Numbered from the stretch's first letter, positions 37,950-51,036 are shown. The stretch is DNA of 64,000 nucleotides from Octopus sinensis (GCF_006345805.1 NC_043002.1:17546001-17610000); one strand, 5' to 3'. Notes: generated by a model not told the origin, from the letters alone. A program made the numbers and translations.

Positions 37950-39490
37950 CGGAAATAAATGAGAACAAAAGCTGATACAGAGATAGATAGAAAAGGCTCG
38001 ATAAGATCTTACCTTGTTCCGACGGACAACATTTTCGGGAAAAGGCGTACGTTAGTAATAAATCAAACGAAGGAAGCAATATATATAAAATCAGCACGAA
38101 TAAAGCTTTACTCCGAGATGTTTCACTATTTCAATATAACAAACTCAGTGCAGAAGGTCAGACACACATTTTTCGTGATGCTCCAGGTATTTCAGAGGAA
38201 ACATTTCAGTTAAATTCGGAGCAAGGAATAGAGTTTTGAACATGAGCGTAAGGCACAACAAAAACTCGAATTGAAGAGTACAAAGAAAGGCGGACCATCC
38301 TCTTTATCTATGGAGTCAGATTTCGGCAAGTACAAGGTACGAAATTTGGAAATCACCTTAGCAGATTTGATAGGTGGCTTTTGGAAAGAATACATAAATT
38401 CCTTACATGTCAACAATAGGGAATCATTGAAATGAATGTGTAACGCCATAATATGTACCGGACTGGATATCTGAGGAAAGAACATCTTTGATAATGAAAC
38501 ATTCAATGAATAAATATTGAATGGGAAATTATCGAGGACTCAACTACGTGGATCATTTATGAAAGCTATATAAAGGAATAGTTTATTCCGAAGAAATAAT
38601 GCAATCATTTGATACAGAACGAATTATTTATTAAAGAGAAGGGATGTAGCAAACATTCAAAGGACACTACAGATGTAATGACGAACTTCAAGAGACTACA
38701 GACTAATCTATGCATGGCATCGATCCACTTCAAAGACAAAAAATGTATATGGTTCGGCATAACTGAAAACCGCGTCAACATTCTCTCTTCTAATACGACC
38801 TGCTGGAAAACGAACTTTGTGGTGAATACTAAAACACCGGGATGTGTAGTTGTTAAACTTATTTGGTCTCGGGGTTAGACTTTCTTTCCCTTGACATTTC
38901 TTATCGCGATTATACCGTTCTCAATGACATTTAGAATATTCAATATAGCATACAAACAAGGAAGAAATGCGCATTCTCGTAATCGTCTCTTTTTCATGAA
39001 TGACTGAAAGATGTTTGCAAAGTAGGGAAATAAAGACTAATTCACTTGTTAATAGAGCAAAGGTGAACTGCAGTGATATTAGAATGGCATTTGTTATATC
39101 ATATTATGCAACATTAGACTTGGAGAGACAGTAGGGAAAGAGAATACCTATTTTCATGGAAGCAAATTATAGGAAGGTCGCATTTTGGCGCCCGATGACA
39201 ATGGATGCAATTAACTCGGAATATTGCAACTCGATAATATCAAATGAACAAAGAGACAAAATAATACGTTTGAAAAGATTAAAGCTTCTGTTGTAGTCCA
39301 AACTAAATCCAAGGAATCTGATAAAAATGATCTGCATTTACTGGATTGCCATCGTGTCTTCTAGTGTTGGAATGAGTTACATGAAGTATGAAATAGAGGA
39401 TTTTGGTGGTAGAAAAATTGCCAGTAAAACAATTACTATTCTTACGGCACTTCATCAGGATACAAATGATAGTCATGCATTCATGAAATG
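37950..39490 (+). pseudogene. Intronless, highly divergent tandem PTP-domain relic, copy B
   Basis: Largely one frame with stops: YLVPTDN...RRTLVIN...AIYIKSARIKLY (37959-38213), FGKYKVRNLEITLADL (~38322), RRDVANIQRTLQM**RTSRDYRLIY (~38637), then RNR (~38978, shifted) and NSLVNRAKVNCSDIRMAFVIS (~39039). Confidence 0.5.
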
Positions 39491-39509
39491 ATATATTCGA
39501 AAGATATAT

Positions 39510-39660
39510 ATATATATAGGGGGGGGAGAGTTCACGATAAAAACAAAGGACGAAGACAGGTGGTGTATAAAACAAACAGATGTATTAGTATAACGCTCAG
39601 GAATTAAAAAAAGTCTTTTACGTTTCGAGCCTACGCTCTTCTGCAGAAAGGGACACAGAA
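39510..39660 (-). mobile_element. Solo PLE-type terminal fragment with a degenerate hammerhead
   Basis: Minus 39613-39654: cttt-CTGCAGA-A-GAGCgtagGCTC-GAAAC-GTA-aaag. Embedded in (TA)n. Confidence 0.6.
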
Positions 39661-39662
39661 AA

Positions 39663-39704
<42 letters not shown>

Positions 39705-39759
39705 TACAGTAAAATAGGGATTTGGATAGAATCAGGTACTTGAAAAGATATGCACACGG

Positions 39760-42452
39760 TAGGGTGGGATAAAACTATAGTTCCTGCCTATGATTGGTGA
39801 GTATCAAATAGGATATTCCGGTTGTATCCCCATGGAAAACCAACCCTATGAGTATTTAGCTCCTAGGGCTCGAAATACTCACCGTAGAGAACGCTAACAC
39901 TTGTGCGGGAAAAGTCCTACAAGGAAAATGCAGACTGGAATACACGCACAGAAGGATCCTACCAAAACCTTACAAGAACAAGCATGGGAAAACATCACAA
40001 TAGCAGTCTTAAGGAAGGCACCAAGGCTCATAACTGGAAATCCCCTGGTAATGTTTGGGTGCCAAATTTCTGGCTGTCATCGTTCCCGTGCACATACGAT
40101 AAGTTACTCTTTACTCTTTTACTCTTTTACTTGTTTCAGTCATTTGACTGCGGCCATGCTGGAGCACCGTCTTTAGTCGAGCAAATCGACACCGGGATTT
40201 ATTCTTTATAAGCTCAGTACTTATTCTATCGGTCTCTTTGGCCGAACCGCTAAGTGACGGGGATGTAAGCACAACAGCATCGGTTGTCAAGCAATGCTAG
40301 TGGGACAAACACAAACACAAAAACACATACACACACACATATATATATATATACATATATACGACAGGCTTCTTTCAGTTTCCGTCTACTAAATCCACTC
40401 ACTAGGCATTAGTCGGCCCGGGGCTATAGCAGAAGACACTTGCCCAAGATGCCACGCAGTGGGACTGAACCCGGAACCATGTGGTTGGTAAGCAAGCTAC
40501 TTACCACACAGCCACTCTTCCTCAGGTATTCAATGAAATTATGAGAGATTCTACGAAAAGTAACTGATTGGTTAGCAACAGGTATTACTTACCTACTCAC
40601 AAAGAATAATGAAACCAAATTTCCCTAAAACTATCGGGCCATAAAATGTCTATCTACCGTGTGTAAAATTTGAATCTCCATTTTCGTGGAAAAAACATGC
40701 AAATTTATGGAACAAAACGATATCTTCCCCACTGAACAAAAAGGGAAACGACGAGAATCATATGCAAACACCTACTCTTAATCAATCCCATGATCCTTGA
40801 AAACTGTCGGAAATAACGCAGAAATTTAAGTTCCGCATTGATTGATTATAAGAATGCTTTTAACAGCATACCGCATTCATGGATCTTGAAATCACAGGTT
40901 ATCTTCAAAATTTCCCCTGTGATTTCAAACTTCTTGAAGTAGAGCATGTCCAATTGTTCCATTCTGATCCAAAATTGACCACAAAAGATATTAATATCAA
41001 CAGCGGAATTTTCCAAGGTAACTGACTTTCACCTTCAATTTTTTGCATATCCCTAATTCCCCTTACAACTGAATTTAACAGAACAGGGTATAGATGTAAA
41101 ATTGACGTGAAGAAATTAAGTCATCTATTTCATATAGAGTAAATACTCTATGGCAAAGACGATAAGGAGCTTGATAGACTAATACGTAATATGAAAGCTT
41201 TCAATGGTGACATCAGGATGGAATTTGGTCTTGATAAATGCGCCAAGGTCACTTTCAAGGGAAATGGAAGACCTCACCTTCAGCGGTGTTAGATTTTGAC
41301 AAAGTCTTAAAAGAGCTCAACGAGGAACAAACTTACAGGCACCTCCGAATAGTTAAGGGCTCTAGAATTCAACATGCAAGCATGAAAGCGACGATTAGGA
41401 AGGAATGGTACAGGAGAGTTCGAGAAGTCCTAAAATCAGGGTTAAATGCTCGTAACAACGTGTTAGCTATTAACTCCTCCTTAGCAGTTCCGGTTGTTAT
41501 TTACAGTTTCAATGTGTTGAACTGGAATATGAGTGAAATTAAGAAGATTGACAGGAAAATCTGTAAGTTGCTGACTTGCAATAAGGTGCAACACACAAGG
41601 GCTGACGCAGATCGCATTTACCTAGTCAAAGACTAACGAGGTTGAGGCTTGATCCAATTTGAAATTACAAAACTACCAGAAAATATCTTGCAAAATGTCT
41701 TAAAACATCTAACGTTGAAAAACATGAAAACAATAAAAACCTTCTTTCTGTCATCAAGGAGAGCCAAAATGAATTTATGCATTATACCGAAGTTGAACAG
41801 CAGGATGGAAGTGAGGCAAATGTAGTTGCAAAGAAGGGGAGATCAGTAGCAAGGCAAATTGCGTTTGGACATTTGGCTGATAGGTGGAGACAAAAACCTC
41901 TACATAGAAAATATGTGTCCAGTAGTAAACAAGATGATGTAGACTAGAAGCACACCCACCAGTGGCTACGGAGCTCAGGGCTAAAGGCAGAGAATGAAGG
42001 CTTTCTCGTGGCTGCTCAAGATTAGGGCTTATTGATGAAAAATGATGTAGACCGAAAGTGTCGATACTGCAAAGATGGGATTGAAACAGGGAACCACTTA
42101 ATCTCTGGGTGTGATATTTTAGTACCTGTACAGTACAAATCAAGACATGACAGAATTTGGCCAAAATTTATATTGGATAATATGTCGGCATGGAATAATC
42201 AAAACAACTGGCTAATGGTACAAACACCACCCTAGTTGTATCTGAGCGAAAATAATATAACAATTATTTGGGACATTCAAGAATGTACCGACCGTATCAT
42301 CAAAGCATATAAACCAGATATTGTTGTGAATGACCAAAGCAAGAAAGTTTGTATGTTGATTGACATGGGCATACCCTGTGACCATAATATCTCGGGAAAC
42401 GAATTTGATAAGTTCAGAAAATATAAAGATTTGCTAATAGAAATTGAAAAGA
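39760..42452 (+). mobile_element. R4/Dong-clade LINE relic (RT plus restriction-like endonuclease), interrupted by a SINE
   Basis: HNWKSPG..PNFWL, NYRAIKCL, TEQKG, EFGLDKCAK, IRKEWYRRVREVLKSGLNARN, CRYCKDGIETGNHLISGC...RHD, KPDIVV...LIDMGIP...KYKDL. Confidence 0.9.
40104..40518 (-). mobile_element. SINE family 2, full length, inserted in the R4-type LINE
   Basis: Complete head, core and tail. The LINE frame resumes on the other side (HDKL|..FNEIMRD). Confidence 0.9.
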
Positions 42453-42650
42453 TGGGAAGACATCACAATAGTAGACTTAGGGTTGATACTCACGAAGGCT
42501 CATTAGTGGAAACCCCCTCGTAAAGATAGTGTGCCAAATCTCTGGCTAGCATTGCTCCTGTGCTCTCAAAAAAATTTAGAAAGTTATTCAATGAAATTTT
42601 GAGAGATCCTACGAAAAATCTTGATTGGTTAGCAAGAGGTTTTTCTGCCC
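42450..42650 (+). mobile_element. Second R4-type fragment homologous to 39985-40100 plus 40520-40585
   Basis: WEDIT...KAH*WKPP..VPNLWL...FNEILRDPTKNLDWLARG, without the SINE. Confidence 0.75.
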
Positions 42651-42704
42651 TGGGTGTCAGGAAGACACTCGGGAAAAAATGGAAGGAGAATTAAAAGAAG
42701 ATAA

Positions 42705-42735
42705 TTATAACAACAACAACAACAACAACAATAAC

Positions 42736-42791
<56 letters not shown>

Positions 42792-42984
42792 GAAGAGTGC
42801 CATATCATGTGAAATTGGTTGAACTATATTTCGGCATCCATTACCTGTGGAAGCCACGCTGGATGCCAAAATATCGTTCAACCAATTTGACATCATATGT
42901 CACTCTTCTATTTATTTGTGTATAACTTTTGGATGAGTTACCTCGGCCCTATATAGTCTTAACATAATAATAATAATCATAATC

Positions 42985-43036
<52 letters not shown>

Positions 43037-43065
43037 TGATGATGATGATAATAATAATAATAGCA
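42705..43065. repeat. (CAA)/(AAT)n microsatellites flanking a hairpin
   Basis: Direct reading. Confidence 0.95.
42787..42913. other. 127-bp hairpin with 54-bp arms (MITE or hairpin RNA candidate)
   Basis: aaatagaagagtgccatatcatgtgaaattggttgaactatatttcggcatcca pairs with tggatgccaaaatatcgttcaaccaatttgacatcatatgtcactcttctattt, with 5 mismatches. Confidence 0.85.
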
Positions 43066-43089
43066 GAAATGTCTAAATCGGCCCCGTCT

Positions 43090-43263
43090 GCACGGTCATG
43101 CACTGTTTATCTTTATATGAGATCACTATTTCGCGCACATTAGTTTCTGATGCATATACCTGGTGTACCCTTACCAGACGGGTAGATATGAAAGCGTATA
43201 TTGAGTTTCGTATATTTGTACCCCCAGTGTAACTTTGATGACATGTGCTGCTCTCTCACTCAA
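43090..43263 (+). mobile_element. 3' fragment of the non-coding interspersed element at 47611-48140
   Basis: Reverse-complement similarity to 47611-47780; ends ctctctcactcaata followed by (AAT)n. Confidence 0.7.
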
Positions 43264-43376
43264 TAATAATAATAATCACAACAACAACGATGATGATGAT
43301 GATGATGATGATGAACGAGGATGAGGTGGTGATGATGATGATGAACGAGGATGATGTGATGATGATGATGATGATA

Positions 43377-43420
<44 letters not shown>

Positions 43421-44161
43421 GTGGATAATGACGTTGATGAAAAAAATAATAATATTCAAATAAAAAAAATGAATAAAAAATTACCACCAGCAAATAGTGA
43501 AAAAAAATCGTTATTATTCTCTCCGGCAACCGGTAACAAGCGACAGTAAATGAGATTGAATATAAAATTGAATGTAAAATTGCTATCGTTCACAGCCTTA
43601 CATAAAGAAGCTAAACAGATGAGGCGAATATGATTTAACTGTCAGTAGTATACAGCGGCAAAACCAGACATATAATATGACATAATTCATATATTGAAAA
43701 ACTATAGAATCTGTTACACACTAACCAGTTCGTTTTCGTCAATGTAATATCCATATTATATTTATCTGCTCTGACAGCGTTCTGTATATATTTTCCCTCA
43801 TCTGTCAGAATGATATTTCAACATTTAAATATTAATATACATACATATATATTATTAACAACACCTTGTTGAACACCAGTATATGTATTTATGTATGTAT
43901 GTATTTATGAAAGTATATATACGTATGTGTGTGTGTGTGTTATGTATGTAGCTATGTGTATACATACTTACATATAGATGGATAAGCACGTGCGAGTAAA
44001 CACACACATTCACCCATACACAGGAGTATGTATCTGTGCATACATACATAGATACATCAATATAAATCTGACAGACTCCAAGATTACCGAGAAAATATTA
44101 GGAATAAATAGTTTATATGCATATATACATAAGTACACACAAATACACAAGTATATACATA

Positions 44162-44203
<42 letters not shown>

Positions 44204-44256
44204 ATATATGTATGTATATATATGTATATATATATATATATGTATGCATGTATGTA

Positions 44257-44287
<31 letters not shown>

Positions 44288-44304
44288 ATATATATATATA
44301 TATA

Positions 44305-44338
<34 letters not shown>

Positions 44339-44584
44339 GTAAACGTATCTATATATCATTAGTAATACACGCACACGTGTGAGTGCTCTTCTTTTACTGT
44401 GTGAATATGCGAGCGTGTGTCTATGCAGATAGGTAGGTGATAGATAAGTAGCTTGCTAGACAGTTATAGACAGATTGATTGCTGGAGAAATACATACATT
44501 ATATATTCTACTTATATCTTCTTTTACGTGGAATTAGTTGGCACATGACAGGTTAAATTATATTACGTTCACAGAAATGATTTG

Positions 44585-45112
44585 TGGAAGAAGAGGAAAA
44601 AGAAGAAGAAAAAGAAGAAGAAGAAGAAAAAGACTAGGAAGAAGCAGAAGAAGAAGAAGAAGAAGAAGAAGAAGAAGAAGAAGAAGAAGAGAAGAAGAGG
44701 AAGAAAAAGAAAAAAGAAGAAGAAAAAGAAGAAGAAAAAGACTAGGAAGAAGCAGAAGAAGAAGAAGAAGAGGAAGAAAAAGAAAAAAGAAGAAGAAAAA
44801 GAAGAGGAAAAAGAAGAAGAAGAAAAAGACTAGGAAGAAGCAGAAGAAGAAGAAGAGGAAGAAAAAGAAAAAGAAAAAAGAAGAAGAAGAAAAAGAAGAA
44901 GAAAAGAAAGAAGAAGAAGAAGAAAAAAAGAAGAAGAAGAAGAAGAAGAAGAAGAAGAAGAAGAAAAAGAAAAAGAAAAAAGAATAATGATAACGATGAT
45001 GATGATGGTGATGAGGATGATGAAAAAGAAATAGAAGTAGAAGAAAAAACAGAAAGAAGAAGAAGAAGAAGAAGAAGAAGAAGAAGAAGAAGAAGAAGAA
45101 GAAGAAGAAGAA
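44585..45112. repeat. Long (GAA)n-type polypurine array
   Basis: Direct reading. Confidence 0.95.
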
Positions 45113-45892
45113 ATAAAATCACACAGTAAGTGAACTATTTTTATTGATAGATGTTATTCAGGAAAAAAAATATTATTTTGACTCAATCGTATCACTGTTC
45201 GTGCGTTTTTACATTATCGTTCACAGCTTTTAGGACGCGGTGGTGTTATTTTATTGACATAACTGCCGGTGAATATGTTCTCTTCTGGTTATGGTCAGTC
45301 ATGTAGTTATCTCACAAATAACTCGCAAATAACATTCTAATTGTAAAGAAATATAATGATTCGTTATCATACTTGAAATTCTAAGGTGTTATTCACCCAC
45401 GAAATGTAAATGAGAGAGCAGATCCATCTCCCATAATGATTCACCATCGATATAATAATTGACTCCTTGAAATTTTCTTCTCGAAAACGTAATGAGTGGG
45501 CCTGCTTCAAATATCAAATTGCATGCCTTATCAACGCATATGAAATTATTATCTTTACAGAGAATCTTATTATTGAATGAAATCCATACACAGGAATTTT
45601 TTTAAATATGAGATTGAACAATTCAATGCTGATATTGAAACCACTTCATCGTACTGTTTGTTAAAAGCAGCTGCAGGTGATAAAGTGTCAGGCAACTGAA
45701 CAAAGCATCACCTGCCCATGTCATTACACAGGAGGTGCGATATGTTTTCTTAACTTCAACTTGATCACAATTTATCTGCCATATTTTTTTTAAATGTTAT
45801 CAGATCTCTTCATATATCGCTGTTACATTCAGATGATGCCAGTATAACACGGACAAACAGATTCATTAAGTATGCATGTCCTCACTTTACTA

Positions 45893-46680
<788 letters not shown>

Positions 46681-47557
46681 CCTACTGTTAAGATTTCATA
46701 GAGAAGACAGACGTGAACGTAAGTGAAAATATTTTCAGACGTAGAAGTCACTTACGGTGGATAATTATAGAACTGAAGATGCTGTCTGAAATGCAACTTC
46801 TGCGTCTTAGAAATAGTTGCAAATTTTACCAACCATCCTACATCGAAAGGCAGAATAAGAGTAATTTTCCTGGAGTCTATATGCAAAGGTGTTTAACATG
46901 GCATCTTTTAAACTACTCGCTATTACAGAATCATTCTGGTCGCAGACCGCTGACTACATTGTCAACTGGATCAGTGTAAACTTTTCAAATTCTGGTCTGT
47001 CTGTTACTTCGTTGTCCTTTTATCGCTTTTAACTCTTTTAGGTTTTTGTAACCTATTCTCACTTCTAACTCCACTTAACAGTGCTGCACTTCAAATATAT
47101 GGCGCTGCAGAATAGATCGTCATCGGTGCTCGAGCAGTAATATACACAATACATTAGCTAGTTCAAATGCATGGGTTTACGGTTGAGGACATTCTTACGA
47201 TCGATCACAAAGTTAACATCAACACAACTACAACAAAATGACAATCTATTTTCTTTATTTTATTTTTGATACCGGAATATTTCAATATTTGAAATTTTCC
47301 TCGACACCCTTAATCATTACGTAAACACTTATTATTTCTTTGCCAGGATCAGGTTCGGTCCTATCTCTGGTTGAAATGTTGTGGACAACGGAATAATACC
47401 TGTAACCTTATATATCCACAAGTTTCCAGCAGGATCTCAATTACTTATAACCCACCTGATAATATTTGCTGTCCCTAAGAGAAAAATGTTTTGTAGGAGC
47501 TATATCGGGCATTCTATTTCAATTTGCAGCCATTTTTCAAAATCTTTGCTTACTCAG

Positions 47558-47610
<53 letters not shown>

Positions 47611-47611
<1 letters not shown>

Positions 47612-48140
47612 TATCGAGTGAGAGAGCAGTGCATGCCACCAAAGGGACACTGGGGTAAAATATACGAAGCCCAGAATATCCATCATGACTACCCGTCTAA
47701 TAAGGGTACACTAGGCACATGCATCACAACAATGCGTGCGCAACATGTTATTCCATATCGAGATAAACAGCGCAGGTCCTTGCAGGTAGGGCGCAGTTAG
47801 AAATATCTTCTTGAATAGCACATCCTGCTAGAAATGTTACTGAATAAGGGTTGTTTAAGGATGTTGAACAAAACACCTATGGGAATTATCCAAACCCCAA
47901 GCAATTCCTCTTAACACATAGACATGCTGTTTCCCCACTACTTCTGCTCGTGATCAGAGATGCACATATCATCAGCCACTACTGGTTATGGTCAAACAAC
48001 TGAGAAGCAAATCTGTGGTATTGAGCAGAATATTTGCTGTGGCCCATCTTTTATACCAAGACAAAACGATGTACAGAACATTTTCCAATGTGTTAAGATC
48101 ACAAGCCATGAGAACCACTGCCTGGTACTACACCAAGGTA
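47611..48140 (-). mobile_element. Non-coding interspersed retroelement flanked by (CAT)n and (TAT)n
   Basis: A second partial copy lies at 43090-43263; trinucleotide tail; no ORF. Confidence 0.6.
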
Positions 48141-48153
48141 TTTTTTATTATTA

Positions 48154-48205
<52 letters not shown>

Positions 48206-48207
<2 letters not shown>

Positions 48208-50480
48208 GAAAACTTACAGCTTATTTTGCTGACTATGGTGGAAAGTATCAGCTGTCCACAGCCAGCAGACTAAGATGACACTTGTTTATTGGTCATGCTT
48301 GAAGAACCCTGCGAACAAGTCTTGCAGTTGTAAGCAATGCTGGTATTTGTAGGTGTTTTACCTCCACACTCGCATCGATCTATTTCAGCCATGTTGGTAG
48401 TTGAATGCTGATACTTCCAAATACACCAATTGCTATTGCTATCACTTTAAATCGTCAGAGTTGTTTCTTTTTTCTTCTTTGAAATTGATGTATTGGGGTA
48501 TGCAATGTCGATTATCATAAGTGTTCATCAGATTCTGCATCAGGAGCAGGAAAGTGATAGGCCGGTGAATATCCACTGCATTATCTTTGCTGGGAAACTT
48601 TTGGCAAATATTTGTTTTACATGTGGCTTTTTTGACTTTAAGCCGTTGTTGATCATTTTATCCACTTGCCTGATTATTCCTCCGTGTAGTGCTGGGAAAT
48701 TTGTCAGCCAGTACCCTTGTACCCTATCCGTGGCAGGGCATTTCCAGTTTGGGATCTTTGTTGTCTGTTCGGTTACCATTTCAGTCGTTATTCTAATACT
48801 ACCCTGTTTCACCTTAATTCCTTCACCCATTTAACATCTTTTTATGCATTCTTCCGTTATCCCAGGTGTTACTCCAAAACCTTCTACTTTCTTCAGCGTC
48901 TGGTTTCTCACTCGTGTTAAACTTTCCATTCAGCTGTTGATAAATGCTTTTTCTGGTCTTGCTGGAACAATCTGTTGATTTTATATTTGGTCATATCTAT
49001 AAATCTTCGTCGCTTTAACCTGCAATCTTTGTTTCAACTCTTGAAGAACTATATTTATCCCATTTACTATCTCCTACATCTATGTTTTAGTTCCTGATAT
49101 TTCTCCTCCCTCTTGATTTCACTTTTTCTTTCTTTCCAAGATGTTCATATATTTTCGTAGTTCGTTCATTGATTGTTTTATTCTTCTTTTCCTCCAAGGC
49201 ACTTTTTCTTCATTCCAGCATTTACGGTTTGGTTTGAGGCCTGCTTTATTTCCTATGTAGATGCTGCGGGCTTTAATCAATCTATTTATCCCGGTTATAT
49301 TATTTGTCTTGATTGCTTTCAGTATCTTATTCCCCTTAAGCGCCACACCCTGAGAAAATTTCTATCTACTTTCCTAAATCCATTTATTTTCATATCTAGA
49401 TTTGCCTCAACGGTAATAGTAATGCCTTCGATCATTCCTTTGTCTCCATTATTTAGTCTTTCTCTATACTCAGGGCTTCAGATATCATACCTCTCCCGGT
49501 TACTTGCATTAAATGCAGCATCGTCAGCATTCCTTATCTACTTCTGCATCGCGCCCTGTGTTTTCGGTCATCACCCTCCTCCTAATATATGTTTCTTTAT
49601 TACCCACAAGGGGCTATACACAGAGGGGACAAACAAGGACAGACAAACGGATAAAGTCGATTAAATCGACCCCAGTGCGTAACTGGTACTTAATTTATCG
49701 ACCCCAAAATGATGAACGGCAAAGTCGACCTCGGCGAAATTTGAACTCAGAACGTAACGGCAGACGAATTACGGCTACGCATTTCGCCTGGCGTGCTAAC
49801 GATTCTGCCAGCTCGCCTTCTCCTAATATCATCGAGCTCTAATACTGTTAGCCCGCCTTTCTTCCCTATTGTTCTTGTCAGGTCACAAAGTCTCTGTTCC
49901 GTAATATCTGAGTTCTGCTTCTCCATTCATATTTTATGCATCCTCTTTCTATATACTCTTATAGGTCTCCCTTCATTATCAGTGGGTCTGCTCAAACAAT
50001 AATATTCCATGACAGCTATATTCATCTCCCTAGTCCATTTTGTTCTAGCAGTCGTATAATGCACTGTTCATCCATATGGCACCTGCCGGACGAAAATCCG
50101 TCACCTGTTGTTCCGTCCTCACTTACGCCTTTGTTTTTATTATTCATTACTCTCATGTAAATGGAAGTGTTGAGAAGTCACAACCACTACTATTTTTACC
50201 GAGGCACTATCTCTAGAGCGGTTTGTCTAAAATGACTCAAAGAGGCCCTTCTCCCCTTAAGAGTCTAAGTGAGCTATTCTGTGCTGGATACTAAACCCAG
50301 TAGTCAGTGCTCCGCAGCTGGTGAATGGTGAACAAGTCGTTATTTAGATAGCCGTTTGCTCCTCAGAGTTCATCCGCCCTTAGTCAGGTTTTGTATTTCA
50401 TCCGGCAGAGTGACCAAATAGCAAAAAGTACCCTCCTCACAACGCAAGCTCCGCGGGGTTACTAGTTTAGTCGCTGACAT
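48206..50480 (-). mobile_element. R4/Dong-clade LINE with its RT deleted internally
   Basis: 5' UTR; KWTREMNIAVMEYY...YRKRM...TEQRLCD; PWRKRRI; ELKQRL; IPNWKCP..DRVQGYWL; RPITFL joined near 48525 to MIIDIAYP...IAIGVFGS...ALLTTARLVRRVL; then 3' UTR and (AAT)n. Confidence 0.85.
49589..49819 (-). mobile_element. SINE family 1 monomer inserted in the R4-type LINE, 10-bp TSD
   Basis: ctcctaatat at 49579-49588 and 49820-49829. Confidence 0.9.
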
Positions 50481-50787
50481 GTCTTGTTATTGATGTTATT
50501 TCTTGTTGTAGTTATATCAACTGTACACACTTGAGAATTTTCCGTATGTTTGCTGCTTTTAATCGAATATTTTAGAGACAGTTTGTTTTCAAATATATTT
50601 TTAAAATACCTGTTTATTAATAAAACTGAAAACCCACCTGGTTAGTGGATTCCTTTTTTATTTCGTCTTTGTGTTTACCATTCCAAAACAAAATATTGAA
50701 TTTATTGTTTTGCAAAATATTATTTTGATATAACGGTGACGTCGTCTAAAGCAAATGAACTGAAACTGGAGGTAGGAGGGCATTTAG

Positions 50788-51036
50788 GTGTCTAATATTT
50801 CCCATGGCCAAGGTATTGCTCACTACCTCCTTCGGGAGTTCAATTCTGAAAATTTCCTCAACCGTCGCTATGATGAGGCTAAAGTGAACAGCGTGTCGAA
50901 CAGCACTACCATCACCATCACCACCACAACAGATCAAAGTAGCAACGACAACAGGAAAAGCAGAAACATGAACAGAGCAGGCAAAATTGAAATCTCTGTT
51001 TCTCCATCATCAACACCATCAACGACGAGGCATTAA
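50788..51036 (+). CDS. Possible terminal coding exon of an unidentified gene
   Basis: A tttag acceptor directly precedes the open frame VSNISHGQGIAHYLLREFNSENFLNRRYDEAK...S/T-rich...RH*. The polypyrimidine tract is weak and no homolog was recognised. Confidence 0.2.
   Translation: MSNISHGQGIAHYLLREFNSENFLNRRYDEAKVNSVSNSTTITITTTTDQSSNDNRKSRNMNRAGKIEISVSPSSTPSTTRH

Noticed and set aside
47347-47560. Exon-like segments (DQVRSYLWLKCCG; GAISGILFQFAAIF) after AG acceptors
   Set aside because: No donor or frame continuity and no recognisable family beyond short chance motifs.
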